62,632 bases of DNA, filler included, from 5 parts of 5 records of this genome joined end to end with filler, not necessarily neighbours in it, one strand, 5' to 3'. Shown: positions 29,728 through 40,823, counted from the whole stretch's first letter. Numbers and translations: made by a program. Notes: a model not told the origin generated them from the letters alone.

Positions 29728-31293
29728 CTAGCGCCTAGAACCAATAACTATCCCACCAATCCCCATCAACACCACTACAATCCACACCGGCCAATTACCA
29801 TATTGACTATAGATACTATTTCCTTGAATAAGCTTAACATTGGCTTTTAATATGTCGGCTTTGAACTGTGGCATGCTGATTTGTGCTTGACTGATAGGGT
29901 CGTAAACACCACTGATACCGTTGTTTGTAACCCGTATTAGCGGGCGTTGTAATTCAAGGGCGCGCATGCGGGCCATTTGCATATGCTGGTGCGGACCATG
30001 TGAGTCACCAAACCAGGCGTCATTACTAACAGTAAACAAGATATCAGAGTCGCTGCGGTAGTTACCACGTACTAAATTAGCAAAAGCAATTTCGAAGCAA
30101 ATAGCAGGGAGAATATTTAAGCCGTTGGCGCGTAAATTGTTTTGTACTTCATCACCACGTGAGAATGATGACATGGGCAAATCAAACAAAGGCGCGATTG
30201 GGCGCAGAATATCTTCAAACGGTACAAACTCACCAATAGGGAGTAATTGATGTTTTTGAAAGCGGTTTTTACCTAGGTATTGATAATGGCCGTGCTCGTC
30301 GTTACGTTCTTTATTACCCAGCACTATCAGGGTGTTGAAGACCGTTTTGGTATCTAGTTGGTAGTCAACAATACCGGTAATAAGGGCAGTTTCATTAAAT
30401 GAAGCTGCGCTATCAAGACCGACTAAAAAGCTGTCTGCAAGGGCTTCTATTTCAGGTACCGCAGCTTCTGGCCAAACGACTAAGTCAACATCCCAATGCG
30501 GGCGTGTCATGTCCTGATACTTACTCATAGTGGTCCAAAATTCACTGGGTTCAAACCGTAAGTTTTGTTTGATGTTCCCTTGAACAAGCAAAGTGCTGAT
30601 GGTTTTATCACTGTAATTAGTATTACGACTGTAGTGATTAATCCCAACTAGCACAGCAGCAAACAATGCTATGATGACTGATGTTTTAAACTCTCGCGTA
30701 CATACTAGTCTATATAGGCCAAAGCCAATAGCAATACAGACTAATGTTAAGCCAAATTCACCAATTAAAGGAGCAAGGGCATTCAGAGGGCTATCGGTTT
30801 GTGTATAACCAAAGCTTAACCAAGGAAAACCAGTTAACAGGTTGGCACGCAAATATTCACTAATAGCAAAACAAGGGAGTAATAGCGCTGCAAAACTTAT
30901 AGAGCCGTTTGAAAAGCGAGTGGTTGCCCACAGCGCCAGCGCAGGAAATAACGCAAGGTAGCTACAAAGCAGTGCCATTAATGCAATTGAGGCGACCAGT
31001 GGCATACCGCCAAAGGTGGCGATAGAAACATGTACCCAACTTATACCTGCACCAAACCAGCCTAGGCCAAATATAAAGCCATATTTAGCCGCTGTTTTAG
31101 CATGTACTTTTCCATTGAGGTTTGCAGGAATACAAAAAAATAGCGAGCCTATGCTAAAAAATACAATCGGCCAAATACCAAAAGGGGCGTAGCTAAAAGT
31201 TAAAACAAGGCCCGCAACCAGTGCGAGCCATGCTTTTTTATCTTTTGCTAGTAGGGTGAGACTAGTTAGCAGTTTCTTCACTGTCGTTATCAT
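29728..31293 (-). CDS. lnt: Apolipoprotein N-acyltransferase
   Basis: TGFPW, VQGNI, WPEAA, KHQLLPIGEF, ICFEI, SNDAWFG. Confidence 0.95.
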   Translation of the reverse strand: MITTVKKLLTSLTLLAKDKKAWLALVAGLVLTFSYAPFGIWPIVFFSIGSLFFCIPANLNGKVHAKTAAKYGFIFGLGWFGAGISWVHVSIATFGGMPLVASIALMALLCSYLALFPALALWATTRFSNGSISFAALLLPCFAISEYLRANLLTGFPWLSFGYTQTDSPLNALAPLIGEFGLTLVCIAIGFGLYRLVCTREFKTSVIIALFAAVLVGINHYSRNTNYSDKTISTLLVQGNIKQNLRFEPSEFWTTMSKYQDMTRPHWDVDLVVWPEAAVPEIEALADSFLVGLDSAASFNETALITGIVDYQLDTKTVFNTLIVLGNKERNDEHGHYQYLGKNRFQKHQLLPIGEFVPFEDILRPIAPLFDLPMSSFSRGDEVQNNLRANGLNILPAICFEIAFANLVRGNYRSDSDILFTVSNDAWFGDSHGPHQHMQMARMRALELQRPLIRVTNNGISGVYDPISQAQISMPQFKADILKANVKLIQGNSIYSQYGNWPVWIVVVLMGIGGIVIGSRR

Positions 31294-32146
31294 CAGCCTT
31301 AGGAATCGTGACTTGCAGTTGCAATATACGACGATTATCAGAATTGGTTACTTTAAACTGAAATCCCTCTATATCGATGGTTTCGCCACGGCTCGGCATA
31401 TGGCCAAAGGCGTGTAACACGGTACCACCAATAGTGTCGGCATCTTGCGAGCTGTAACCTGATTTAAAATGCTCGTTAAAGTCATCTACAGGGGTCAGTG
31501 CCTGCACAACGTAAACATGTTTAGCCAGTTGTCGAATATCTTGTTGTTCTTCTTCTTCATCGTGCTCATCTTCGATTTCGCCTACAATGATCTCAAGAAT
31601 ATCTTCAATGGTTACTAAACCCGATACACCGCCGTATTCGTCTATCACGATTGCCATATGGTAGCGTTGCTGACGAAATTCATTAAGCAGGGTATCCACC
31701 CGTTTACTTTCAGGCACTACCATGGCAGGGCGCAAATAGTCACGTAGCGATGGTAAATGCTCATCTTTATTTAAAATGAGAGGTAATAAGTCTTTTGCGA
31801 GTAAAATCCCTTCTACATGGTCTTTATCTTCACACACTACCGGAAAACGAGAGTGGGTAGAGTCAACCATCATAGGTATGTGCTCTTCAAGCGGGCTATC
31901 AATTTCCAAAGTGACCATTTGTGAGCGCGGGATCATAATATCTCGCACTTTGAGCTCAGACACGCCAAGCACACCTTCAATCATTTCTTTGGTTTCAGGA
32001 TCGATTACATCCCGCTCTTGGGCATCGGCAATTACCTCAACCAGCTCTTCTCTATTCTGGGGTTCCCCTTGCAACATCTGGGTTATACGACCCAGCCAAG
32101 TTTTGCCAGAAGAACCCTGGCTAGATTGCGAGTTATCGTCGCTCAT
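31262..32146 (-). CDS. corC: Mg/Co transport protein CorC (CBS pair + CorC_HlyC)
   Basis: [34 protein letters not shown]. Confidence 0.94.
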   Translation of the reverse strand: MSDDNSQSSQGSSGKTWLGRITQMLQGEPQNREELVEVIADAQERDVIDPETKEMIEGVLGVSELKVRDIMIPRSQMVTLEIDSPLEEHIPMMVDSTHSRFPVVCEDKDHVEGILLAKDLLPLILNKDEHLPSLRDYLRPAMVVPESKRVDTLLNEFRQQRYHMAIVIDEYGGVSGLVTIEDILEIIVGEIEDEHDEEEEQQDIRQLAKHVYVVQALTPVDDFNEHFKSGYSSQDADTIGGTVLHAFGHMPSRGETIDIEGFQFKVTNSDNRRILQLQVTIPKADDNDSEETAN

Positions 32147-32168
32147 TACGTCTAATTGCTCCGTTTAT

Positions 32169-32627
32169 TTAAATATCGTCCCGATATGGGTCTGCTATGT
32201 TTAGTTCAGCAAGTAATTGCTTTTCTATGCTTTCCATCTCTAACGCGTCTTCACTCTTTATATGGTCAAATCCAAGTAAATGCAAGCATCCATGAATAAC
32301 CATATGAGCAAAGTGGTCATGAAATGACTTTTCTTGCTCTTGTGCCTCAGCCAAAACAATGGCAGGACAAATAATTAAGTCGCCCACAAGTGGGATATCA
32401 ATACCCGGTGGCGCTTCAAATTCAAATGATAATACGTTGGTAGGCTTATTTTTACCACGGTAGTCATTATTGAGCTGTTGCGACTGCTCCTCATCGCTGA
32501 TAACAATGGTCAGCTCAGACTCATCACGATATTGGCTAAGCACTTTATCGGCCCACATGGCAAACTGCTCAAGGCTGGGTAAGTTGTCAAACTCACACGC
32601 TATTTGTAAATCAAGTTCTGTTTTCAC
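32169..32627 (-). CDS. ybeY: rRNA maturation endoribonuclease YbeY
   Basis: YRGKNKPTNVLSF, HGCLHLLGFDH zinc motif. Confidence 0.96.
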   Translation of the reverse strand: MKTELDLQIACEFDNLPSLEQFAMWADKVLSQYRDESELTIVISDEEQSQQLNNDYRGKNKPTNVLSFEFEAPPGIDIPLVGDLIICPAIVLAEAQEQEKSFHDHFAHMVIHGCLHLLGFDHIKSEDALEMESIEKQLLAELNIADPYRDDI

Positions 32628-32631
32628 GGTA

Positions 32632-33690
32632 TTACCCTTTGGTAGCAGGTTGCTCTTGAGCGGCGAGCGCTTCTTTGGCTTGTTGTTTCTCTAACCGCTT
32701 AAGGCGTTCACGCTCATCGTTGCGCTCATACGCTTCTACAATGCGGGCTACTACAGGGTGGCGTACCACATCGTGCGATTTGAAAAAGTTAAAGCTAATT
32801 TCATCAACGCCATCTAACACTTCAATAGCATGGCGAAGACCAGAGCGCGCACCTCGAGGTAAATCAACTTGGGTTATATCGCCGGTGATCACTGCTTTAG
32901 AATTAAAACCAATACGGGTTAAGAACATTTTCATTTGCTCTGTGGTGGTATTTTGGCTTTCATCTAAAATAATAAACGCATCATTGAGTGTGCGCCCACG
33001 CATGTAAGCCAATGGCGCAATTTCAATGATGTTTTTTTCAATCAGTTTTTCAACACGCTCAAAGCCAAGCATTTCAAATAAGGCATCGTAAAGTGGACGT
33101 AAGTAAGGGTCTATTTTTTGGCTTAAGTCACCCGGTAAAAAGCCGAGTTTTTCACCCGCTTCAACCGCAGGGCGAGTGAGCAATATACGGCGTATTTCTT
33201 GGCGCTCTAGTGCATCAACTGCCGCTGCAACAGCAAGATAGGTTTTACCTGTACCTGCAGGGCCAATACCAAAGGTAATGTCGTGGTGCAAAATGTTAGC
33301 AACATACAAGCCTTGGTTATCGTTTCGCGGTTTAATAACGCCACGACGGGTTTTAATCATCATTTCTTTGCCATAGGCGCTACTAGAGGTGTCTTGCTCA
33401 AGCGCTTTAGACTCAGTGATGGCTAAATGTACGTTGTCAGGCTCAATTTCGCCAATTTCCCCACGTACAGGTTGAGTATCAATATAAAGGTTTTTTAAGA
33501 TCTCTACCGCGCCGGCGCTACTGTGTAGTTTACCGGTTACTTTAAAAAAGTTATCACGATGAATAATTTCAACACCTAGACGGCGTTCAATTTGTTTGAT
33601 GTTTTCGTCAAACGGGCCACATAATGAAGAAAGGCGTTTGTTGTCGGCAGGTTCTAAATAAATCTCTAATGTTTTTAACTGATTACTCAA
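32632..33690 (-). CDS. ybeZ: PhoH-family ATPase (YbeZ)
   Basis: GPAGTGKT, RPAVEAGEKLGFLPGD, YMRGRTL, DVVRHP; TTG start. Confidence 0.94.
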   Translation of the reverse strand: MSNQLKTLEIYLEPADNKRLSSLCGPFDENIKQIERRLGVEIIHRDNFFKVTGKLHSSAGAVEILKNLYIDTQPVRGEIGEIEPDNVHLAITESKALEQDTSSSAYGKEMMIKTRRGVIKPRNDNQGLYVANILHHDITFGIGPAGTGKTYLAVAAAVDALERQEIRRILLTRPAVEAGEKLGFLPGDLSQKIDPYLRPLYDALFEMLGFERVEKLIEKNIIEIAPLAYMRGRTLNDAFIILDESQNTTTEQMKMFLTRIGFNSKAVITGDITQVDLPRGARSGLRHAIEVLDGVDEISFNFFKSHDVVRHPVVARIVEAYERNDERERLKRLEKQQAKEALAAQEQPATKG

Positions 33691-33744
33691 AATTACTTCC
33701 TATTACAGTGCGCCAGTGTTAACTGGCGCAATGAATTTTTGCAA

Positions 33745-35190
33745 CTAAGGTACGAAAGTAGCAACGCCAATTTCGTTAGCTGTCTCGGTTTTTTGCTCAC
33801 TCGCTGCTTTGGTTAAAATAGCAGAAGGCGCAATTTCGCGGCGTAAGTTCATTTCTGATTCTGTACGAATTAAATCGCCACGTAAAGAGTTTGGTAACGC
33901 TTCGGTAATACGTACATCAACAAACTGACCGATCACTGTGTGTGGGCCAACAAAGTTAACTACACGGTTATTTTCAGTTCGGCCACGTAGTTCCATCGGG
34001 TTCTTCTTAGAAGGACCTTCAACTAAAATACGTTGCTCAGTATCAAACATTTGGCGGCTAATTTGCTGTGCCATTTGCGTAATACGATTTTGCAATAAGT
34101 ACAGGCGTTCTTTTTTCTCTTGCTCGGTTACGTCATCTGGCAAATCGGCTGCTGGTGTACCTGGGCGTGCGCTGTAAATAAAGCTAAAGCTCATATCAAA
34201 ACCAATATCGTTGATAAGGTTCATGGTAGCTTCAAAATCGGCCTTGCTTTCACCTGGGAAACCTATGATGAAATCTGACGACATGCTTAGGTTAGGGCGA
34301 ATTTTACGTAGCTTACGAATTGTTGATTTGTACTCAAGAGCAGTATGGCCGCGTTTCATTAAGTTTAAAACACGGTCTGAACCACTTTGGACTGGAAGGT
34401 GTAAGTGATCAACCAGTTCAGGCACATCAGCGTACGCATCAATAATGTCTGGTGTAAACTCTACAGGGTGTGAGGTGGTGTAACGAATACGGTCAATCCC
34501 GTCAATTGCAGCCACTAAACGAATTAGATCTGAGAAATAGCAAATTTCACCATCGTGTGTATCACCACGGTATGCATTTACGTTTTGACCTAATAGGTTA
34601 ACTTCACGTACGCCTTGCTCGGCTAACTGTGCAACTTCTAATAATACATCATCAACAGGGCGGCTTACTTCTTCACCACGGGTGTAAGGCACAACACAGA
34701 AAGTACAGTATTTAGAACAACCTTCCATAATTGATACAAATGCACTTGGGCCTTCAGCTTTTGGCTCCGGTAGGCGGTCAAATTTTTCAATCTCAGGGAA
34801 TGAAATATCAACTACAGATGAACCTTTATCGCCTTGTACTTGTTTAATCATCTCAGGTAAACGGTGCAAAGTTTGTGGACCAAAAATAACATCAACAAAC
34901 GGAGCACGTTGGCGAATTGAATCACCTTCTTGTGATGCAACACAGCCGCCTACACCAATAATAAGGTCTGGTTTGTCATCTTTTAATAACTTCCAACGAC
35001 CTAGTTGGTGAAATACTTTTTCTTGCGCTTTTTCACGAATTGAACAGGTATTAAGTAAGATAACATCAGCATCAGCAGCTTCTTCAGTTAGCTGATAGCC
35101 GTTGGTAGCATCTAGAAGATCAGCCATTTTCTGAGAGTCGTATTCGTTCATCTGACAACCCCAGGTTTTAATATGCAGCTTTTTGCTCAT
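33745..35190 (-). CDS. miaB: tRNA-2-methylthio-N6-dimethylallyladenosine synthase
   Basis: [28 protein letters not shown] radical-SAM motif, TRAM domain. Confidence 0.97.
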   Translation of the reverse strand: MSKKLHIKTWGCQMNEYDSQKMADLLDATNGYQLTEEAADADVILLNTCSIREKAQEKVFHQLGRWKLLKDDKPDLIIGVGGCVASQEGDSIRQRAPFVDVIFGPQTLHRLPEMIKQVQGDKGSSVVDISFPEIEKFDRLPEPKAEGPSAFVSIMEGCSKYCTFCVVPYTRGEEVSRPVDDVLLEVAQLAEQGVREVNLLGQNVNAYRGDTHDGEICYFSDLIRLVAAIDGIDRIRYTTSHPVEFTPDIIDAYADVPELVDHLHLPVQSGSDRVLNLMKRGHTALEYKSTIRKLRKIRPNLSMSSDFIIGFPGESKADFEATMNLINDIGFDMSFSFIYSARPGTPAADLPDDVTEQEKKERLYLLQNRITQMAQQISRQMFDTEQRILVEGPSKKNPMELRGRTENNRVVNFVGPHTVIGQFVDVRITEALPNSLRGDLIRTESEMNLRREIAPSAILTKAASEQKTETANEIGVATFVP

Positions 35191-35459
35191 TGAAATATAG
35201 CCTCGTGTTCAATTCGATAGTGGCACAAATATGTGCTAGAAACAGGTATAAGTGGCGGAATTATTAAAATTTCGCTCGACTTAAAGGACGCGTATTTTAG
35301 CTGGATACACGCTCAAAACCAAGTATAGATTTCATGTTTGTGATCTGAAATCAATATAGTATGGGTTTAATAATAGAATTAAGCGAAGCGCTCACACTGA
35401 GCAAACTAATTACGATACAATCTAAGCAGAGTAAAGTCAGAATTAAAATGATGAAAAAC

Positions 35460-36629
35460 ATGGCTAAAAATAATGTAATTGTAGTAGGGGGCGGCATGGT
35501 TGGTGCCGCTATGGCTATTAAATTAGCGCAACAAGGCAAAGCCGTACGTGTTATTGAAAAACACCCAATAGATGCACCACAGGTGCTTAACAGTGATGAT
35601 GTTGATATACGTGTTTCGGCTATTAATCGCTTTTCTGAAAAGTTACTTGATGAGCTTGGTGCAATGCCATTGTTACGAGCATCACGCTTGGCTCCATATC
35701 AACAGCTAGAAGCGTTTGAACGTGCTGGGGATAACCTTCTTTTTGACTGTAATGATATTAACACCTCGCACTTAGGTCACTTAATCGAAAATAAACTAAT
35801 TCAAGCCAGTTTATGGCAGCAATTTAAACAACATAATATCGATGTGCTCACCATCAAATCGCCTATTTGTGCTATTGAACAGACAGCGCAAGATATTAGC
35901 TTAATCTATGGTGAAGAGCGTTATAGTGCCAATTTAGTGATTGCAGCAGACGGTGGTCAGTCGCAATTGCGCGCAAAAGCAAATATTGGGGTAACAGGTT
36001 GGCAATACCAACAACATTGTATGGGTGTATTAATTAAAATGGATGCCCCACAACAAATTAAAACATGGCAACAGTTTAAACCTTCAGGCCCTGTAGCATT
36101 TTTACCTATGCAGGCACCTTATGCCAATTTAATTTGGTATGACGACGCAGCTAAGTTACAAAATTTAAATAAATTAACCAAAGAACAGTTAAAACAACAA
36201 ATAATTGAAAACTTTAAACCGCTAGCTGGTGATTTTGAAATTGTTAATCAAGCAGTATTCCCACTTGCTCGTCAACACGCTAATAAATACTCAGCAGGGC
36301 GTTTGGTGTTAGTTGGAGATGCTGCACATACAATAAATCCTTTAGCTGGGCAGGGAGTCAATCTAGGCTTTCAAGATGTAGCAGCGCTTAGCGATATTTT
36401 AGCATCGGTAGATGACATTGGTAACGAAAGTCATCTCAAACATTATGAGCAAACGCGTCGTAAAGCAAATTTACTGATGATGAGTATGATGGATGCATGC
36501 TATTTTGGTTTTTCTAATCAGCTAACCCCTTTACAGTGGGCGCGTAATCGTTTTTTAAAAATAGCTAATAGCACTGGACCTATAAAGAACTGGGTACTGA
36601 AATACGCGATTAGTGGAACGTTGGATTAG
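35460..36629 (+). CDS. ubiF: FAD-dependent ubiquinone biosynthesis hydroxylase (UbiF-like)
   Basis: VVGGGMVG, RVSAI, AADG, GDAAHTINPLAGQGVNLG; divergent from miaB as in E. coli; start within 35448-35460. Confidence 0.85.
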   Translation: MAKNNVIVVGGGMVGAAMAIKLAQQGKAVRVIEKHPIDAPQVLNSDDVDIRVSAINRFSEKLLDELGAMPLLRASRLAPYQQLEAFERAGDNLLFDCNDINTSHLGHLIENKLIQASLWQQFKQHNIDVLTIKSPICAIEQTAQDISLIYGEERYSANLVIAADGGQSQLRAKANIGVTGWQYQQHCMGVLIKMDAPQQIKTWQQFKPSGPVAFLPMQAPYANLIWYDDAAKLQNLNKLTKEQLKQQIIENFKPLAGDFEIVNQAVFPLARQHANKYSAGRLVLVGDAAHTINPLAGQGVNLGFQDVAALSDILASVDDIGNESHLKHYEQTRRKANLLMMSMMDACYFGFSNQLTPLQWARNRFLKIANSTGPIKNWVLKYAISGTLD

Positions 36630-36665
36630 TTTATTCTGGCGATCACTAAATTTGCAGCACTGCAC

Positions 36666-36700
36666 TAATAACAAGTGCCAATTGAGGGCACTTGTTATTA
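36666..36700. terminator. Hairpin between convergent ubiF and hypothetical gene
   Basis: TAATAACAAGTGCC-7 nt-GGCACTTGTTATTA, 14-bp perfect stem. Confidence 0.7.
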
Positions 36701-36712
36701 TCGTAATAAAAC

Positions 36713-37108
36713 TTAGTTCCACATACCTGAGCGCGAATACATGTACTCAGCGGTTGCACACCAATTAACATCTTCCCATGTAAAATCAGTATAGTAAATT
36801 TTATCAACGCATGCCGCCATTGAACTTTCAACTTTATAAACGTCAACAATACAAGTGGTGCCATTACAGTTAGTTGAACGGTCATAAGTGCCATTAAAAA
36901 CCCATTCTACGTTAGAAACTGCTTTCGATGTATTAATTTTGAACACTACTTTTGGATCAAAGTTAGGATTACTTTCACCACCAAAACATCTGTTTTGAGA
37001 GTAATTGTCATATGCCATGGTGTCTACATAACACGATACTGAATTTGCAAACACGTTTGCTGAAAACACACTCGCAAATAAAGCTACGACTAAATATATT
37101 TTTTTCAT
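36713..37108 (-). CDS. Secreted Cys-rich hypothetical protein
   Basis: SD AAGGA; signal peptide MKKIYLVVALFASVFSANVFA; six Cys in the mature part. Confidence 0.72.
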   Translation of the reverse strand: MKKIYLVVALFASVFSANVFANSVSCYVDTMAYDNYSQNRCFGGESNPNFDPKVVFKINTSKAVSNVEWVFNGTYDRSTNCNGTTCIVDVYKVESSMAACVDKIYYTDFTWEDVNWCATAEYMYSRSGMWN

Positions 37109-37431
37109 AGTAATTGTCCTTATTAGAATTTAAATCGCTCTTAATTTGAGCAATTTAAATGCTACCACTAATTTCACAAAAGTAAACACAATATTAACAT
37201 GCTATTAATATATTTACCTTAAATAGGGCTTTCCATATGGTAAGGAAAAATTTCCATGCGACTATGTATTGTAGTTGTGTGTACATGTGGCCTTTATTGC
37301 AAGGGGGTTATAGTGTGTAAGGTTGCTCTGGGAAAGTAATAAAATATACGAATGAAAGAATTAAATAGGCAGAGTAAAGAATAGTATAATTTATTCGCTG
37401 TTCTTTATTAAATAGGGGGGTGTTAAGAAAT

Positions 37432-37460
37432 TGGCTGGGATACCAGGATTTGAACCTGGG
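37432..37460 (-). tRNA. tRNA-Gln, 3' fragment (cut by contig end)
   Basis: Reverse complement CCCAGGTTCAAATCCTGGTATCCCAGCCA gives T-arm, acceptor 3' strand and CCA, matching gammaproteobacterial tRNA-Gln; a tRNA-Gln cluster lies beside ubiF in E. coli; anticodon not visible. Confidence 0.8.
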
Positions 37461-37560
37461 NNNNNNNNNNNNNNNNNNNNNNNNNNNNNNNNNNNNNNNN
37501 NNNNTTAATTAATTAANNNNNNNNNNNNNNNNNNNNNNNNNNNNNNNNNNNNNNNNNNNN
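37461..37560. other. Artificial contig spacer
   Basis: 44 N + TTAATTAATTAA + 44 N. Confidence 0.98.
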
Positions 37561-39124
37561 TGAGCTCTGATTGTGGCTGCATTTGAAGATTTTCTAAAGA
37601 GCTACGCACTACAGCAACAGGGGTTCTTAACTCATGAGATAGTCGTGATGACATGGTTTCTAAATAGTTAGTGTAGCCGCCAAGGCGACTGACAATATTT
37701 GCAAAACTACGCGATAGGTCGCCAATTTCATCATTTGAATCTGAATAGTTAATTGTTCCAGTAACTCGCCCTTGCGCATCGATTGCTTGCTCAGCGGTAT
37801 CACGTAAACGCCTGACTCGGTTTGATATACGTGAAGCGAAAAAGAATAAAGTAACAGTGCCAATTAGCATTACCGCTAAAATGACATTAAATAGCTTCTC
37901 AAGTGATTTATTTCTCAGGGTGCGTACACCATTCGTTGTTTCTTCAGCGATAACTGCACCAATAACTTTATCATTGATCCAAATAGGGTAAGCAGCCGAT
38001 AATATCACTGCTTTGTTATCCGGTGTCAGTCGCCATGATGACGCTGGTGTGCCATTGAGTGCCTTGCCAATATGGCTGCCTTGCATAGATGCTACATCGT
38101 GCAATGTGTCTAAAAATTCGTCTTCTGGACGAGTAAGTACTTTATAATAAAGCGGGTGTAAGTAATTTTTTTCAAAGCGTTGCCACCATGTTTTGGCGGG
38201 TTTATCGGCAAGGCCATCAGCCCAGACGCCATCCGCATGGTGAATTGAGCCTGATTGTGCTAATACGCGGTGATGATTATCAACCACCCAAATACGGCTG
38301 CCGCTGTGGCCCATGCCTTTTAAAATGCGGTTAATTTCAGGAGAGGGGACAAGCACTGAGCCAATATCATTAGGGTTAAGTATGTTCGACGTTGACATTA
38401 ACTGTGGTTCTACTTTTTCTGCATCCCAATCTTCGATAGCAAAGCCAAGCTTATTACCCAGCATACTTAACGGAAATCGTAGTTCGATATTATAGCCTGC
38501 GGCTGTACTGGTAAAATAACCCTGAATTTTAGTAAAAGGTTTATTGGTTTGGGCATCAAATGCATTGACCCAGCCATCTTGGCGAGCTGCGACATTATAA
38601 TGTTTAAACTCACCCTTTGGTGTTTTTAACATGATTTGAAGGTGATCATTGCGGGTAAGGCTCAAACTATTTTTGGCACGGTAAACGAGTGATTCATCGG
38701 TTACATTAAAAACCGCATATAAAAATTCGCCGTATTTTCCCACCATGTGATCAAAAGACAGATCAGTGCTTTGATGATCGGTCTTATTACCTTGTAAATA
38801 ACGTTTATCATAATGCCAAATTAAATTTTGATAAGGCTGCCAATCAGATAATTTGCCATCCAGTTGAATTGGGTTACTGAGGTTATAGGCATAAAGGTCT
38901 CGGCCTTTAACTACTTGATCTAAAAAGTTACTTTGTGAATCAAATAAAGCAGGGCGTTCATGCAACGCAGTGGCGAGTGCGCGCGTTGTGCCAACGAGTG
39001 TTTTTTCTTGGCCTTGACGTAAAAACTTCTCCATTTCCCATACGTATTCGTACCCTAGCCAGGGTAATAAAAGTAAAAAGCATGACAAGAAGATAAATTT
39101 ACTGCGAAGGCCAAAACGAAGCAT
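37561..39124 (-). CDS. pdsS: Proteobacterial dedicated sortase system histidine kinase (truncated by contig end)
   Basis: Two TMs flanking a large periplasmic region, HAMP (DEIGDLSRSF), H-box SHELRTP; position in pds cluster. Confidence 0.88.
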
Positions 39125-39813
39125 TAAAGTTGCTCCCAGCGATAGCCCATACCGTAAACAGTGTCTATACAGTCAAATTCAGCATCTAGGACAATAAACT
39201 TTTTGCGAATACGTTTTACATGCGAGGTAATTGTTGAGTCATCAACATATATTTTGGCGTCACTCATTAACTCATTGCGGCTTTTAACATGCCCAGGGCG
39301 CTGTGCCAAAGAATGCAGCATCCAAAATTCGGTTACCGTTAAATCAACTAACTGTTGCTGCCAAAATACTTGCATTCGTTTGGTATCCAATGTGAGTTGG
39401 CCACGATTAATTAATGCGGCTTCATCAGCAGGTTGCTCTAATGCTTCCATGCGTCTAAATAAAGCGCCAATCCGCGCGGCTAAGTGCGCCATACTAATGT
39501 CTTTTGTAAGGTAATCATCAGCCCCCATACGAAGGCCACACACGGTATCAATTTCGCTATCGCGAGCGGTTAAAAAAATAATCGGTAAGGTTTTTGAAAG
39601 TGAGCGTAAGGTTTGGCAAAGCAAAAAACCGCCGTCTATTTCATGGCCTAGCCCAATATCAACAATGGCTAAGTCAGGTAGTGCGTCTTGAAAAGCATGC
39701 TCAGCTGTTGCTCTATCGCAGAAACCATTGACTTGATATCCCTGTGCGCTGAGCATTTCCATGTAGTTTTCGCGGATTGCCGTTTCATCTTCAATAATGG
39801 CTATTTTTTTCAT
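39124..39813 (-). CDS. pdsR: Proteobacterial dedicated sortase system response regulator (OmpR family, ChvI-like)
   Basis: IEDE, IVDIG, FLTARD, LTVTEFWMLHSLAQRPG, YVDDSTITSHVKRIRKKF, YGMGYRW. Confidence 0.9.
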   Translation of the reverse strand: MKKIAIIEDETAIRENYMEMLSAQGYQVNGFCDRATAEHAFQDALPDLAIVDIGLGHEIDGGFLLCQTLRSLSKTLPIIFLTARDSEIDTVCGLRMGADDYLTKDISMAHLAARIGALFRRMEALEQPADEAALINRGQLTLDTKRMQVFWQQQLVDLTVTEFWMLHSLAQRPGHVKSRNELMSDAKIYVDDSTITSHVKRIRKKFIVLDAEFDCIDTVYGMGYRWEQL

Positions 39814-39870
39814 CTTTATACCTTCTTACTTATCTAGTTGCACTATACCTAATTTTTTACCTTGGGTACT

Positions 39871-39949
39871 GGCAAAAAAGCAATTGCCTTTTTTTTGCCA
39901 CAATTGCTCAGCAGTTTGCCTTTATTCATCCCTTTTGTTGCCACTTGCC
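39871..39949. promoter_or_regulatory. Phased TTGCC repeats, candidate PdsR binding sites
   Basis: TTGCC at 39884, 39895, 39916, 39938 (spacing 11, 21, 22), extra copy at 39945, inverted copy at 39871. Confidence 0.55.
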
Positions 39950-40040
39950 AGTGTTTTAATAACACCATCCCAATTACAGCAGACGGCAACCAACGTCTGC
40001 TGAACAAATGAGTCAACAGTTAAGTACAAAGGAATAAATC

Positions 40041-40769
40041 ATGAAAAAACTTATTATCGCATGCACCATCGCTACTTTATTCGCAGCGCCTAACTTTGCC
40101 CATGCAAGCAATGAAGAGAAAAAAGAAACGCACAAAGAAACAATTATTGGCCTCAGCACAGGGGCTATTTTAGGCGGTATCGTCGGCGGCCCCGTAGGTG
40201 CATTTGTAGGAGCTTTTGCTGGTGGCCTAATTGGCGATAAGGAAGTTGCTGAAGATAAAATTGCTGAGCAAAAACGTGCTCTGGTTGTGATGCAAGATAA
40301 AACAGACGACTACCAACATGTATTAGCTCATAACGCTAAGCTCACCGAACAGTTAGATGTTTTAGAGCAGCACAATGAGCGTCTTACACTCTCACAAATG
40401 AAAAACTTGATGGCAATGACAGTGCAGTTTAAAACGGGGTCAAGCGAGATTGCTCCCCACTTTGCTAAGCAACTTGATCAGCTTGTTATTTTGTTAAAAA
40501 GTCAACCAAAGCTATTACTTGATTTAAATGGATTTGCTGACCAACGAGGTGATGAAGAGGCTAACTTACGGCTATCAAAGAAGCGAGTTTCGGCGGTGCA
40601 AAGTTACTTAATTAAGCATGGCGTTAGCCATACTCGGTTGACGGCTAACGCATTTGGTGAGCAACACACGCTTGCTAATAGTGACACTTATGAAGAGAAC
40701 GTATTTGATCGTCGAGTAACGCTGACTACTCGTCCGAGTAACGTCTCACAAACAGCCAGTAATGACTAA
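40041..40769 (+). CDS. pdsO: Sortase-associated OmpA-like protein
   Basis: Signal peptide, glycine zipper GAILGGIVGGPVGAFVGAFAGGLIG, coiled coil, OmpA-C domain (GFADQRG, NLRLSKKR, DRRV). Confidence 0.88.
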   Translation: MKKLIIACTIATLFAAPNFAHASNEEKKETHKETIIGLSTGAILGGIVGGPVGAFVGAFAGGLIGDKEVAEDKIAEQKRALVVMQDKTDDYQHVLAHNAKLTEQLDVLEQHNERLTLSQMKNLMAMTVQFKTGSSEIAPHFAKQLDQLVILLKSQPKLLLDLNGFADQRGDEEANLRLSKKRVSAVQSYLIKHGVSHTRLTANAFGEQHTLANSDTYEENVFDRRVTLTTRPSNVSQTASND

Positions 40770-40823
40770 TCCGTTTTGGGTGCGCTAAAGAGCACCCGCA
40801 TAATTATTTTAGGCGTGAATTTT

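Noticed and set aside
33709-33730. Hairpin TGCGCCAGT/ACTGGCGCA between miaB and ybeZ
   Set aside because: Single short intra-operon stem without a U-run on the coding strand; ordinary stability or processing element
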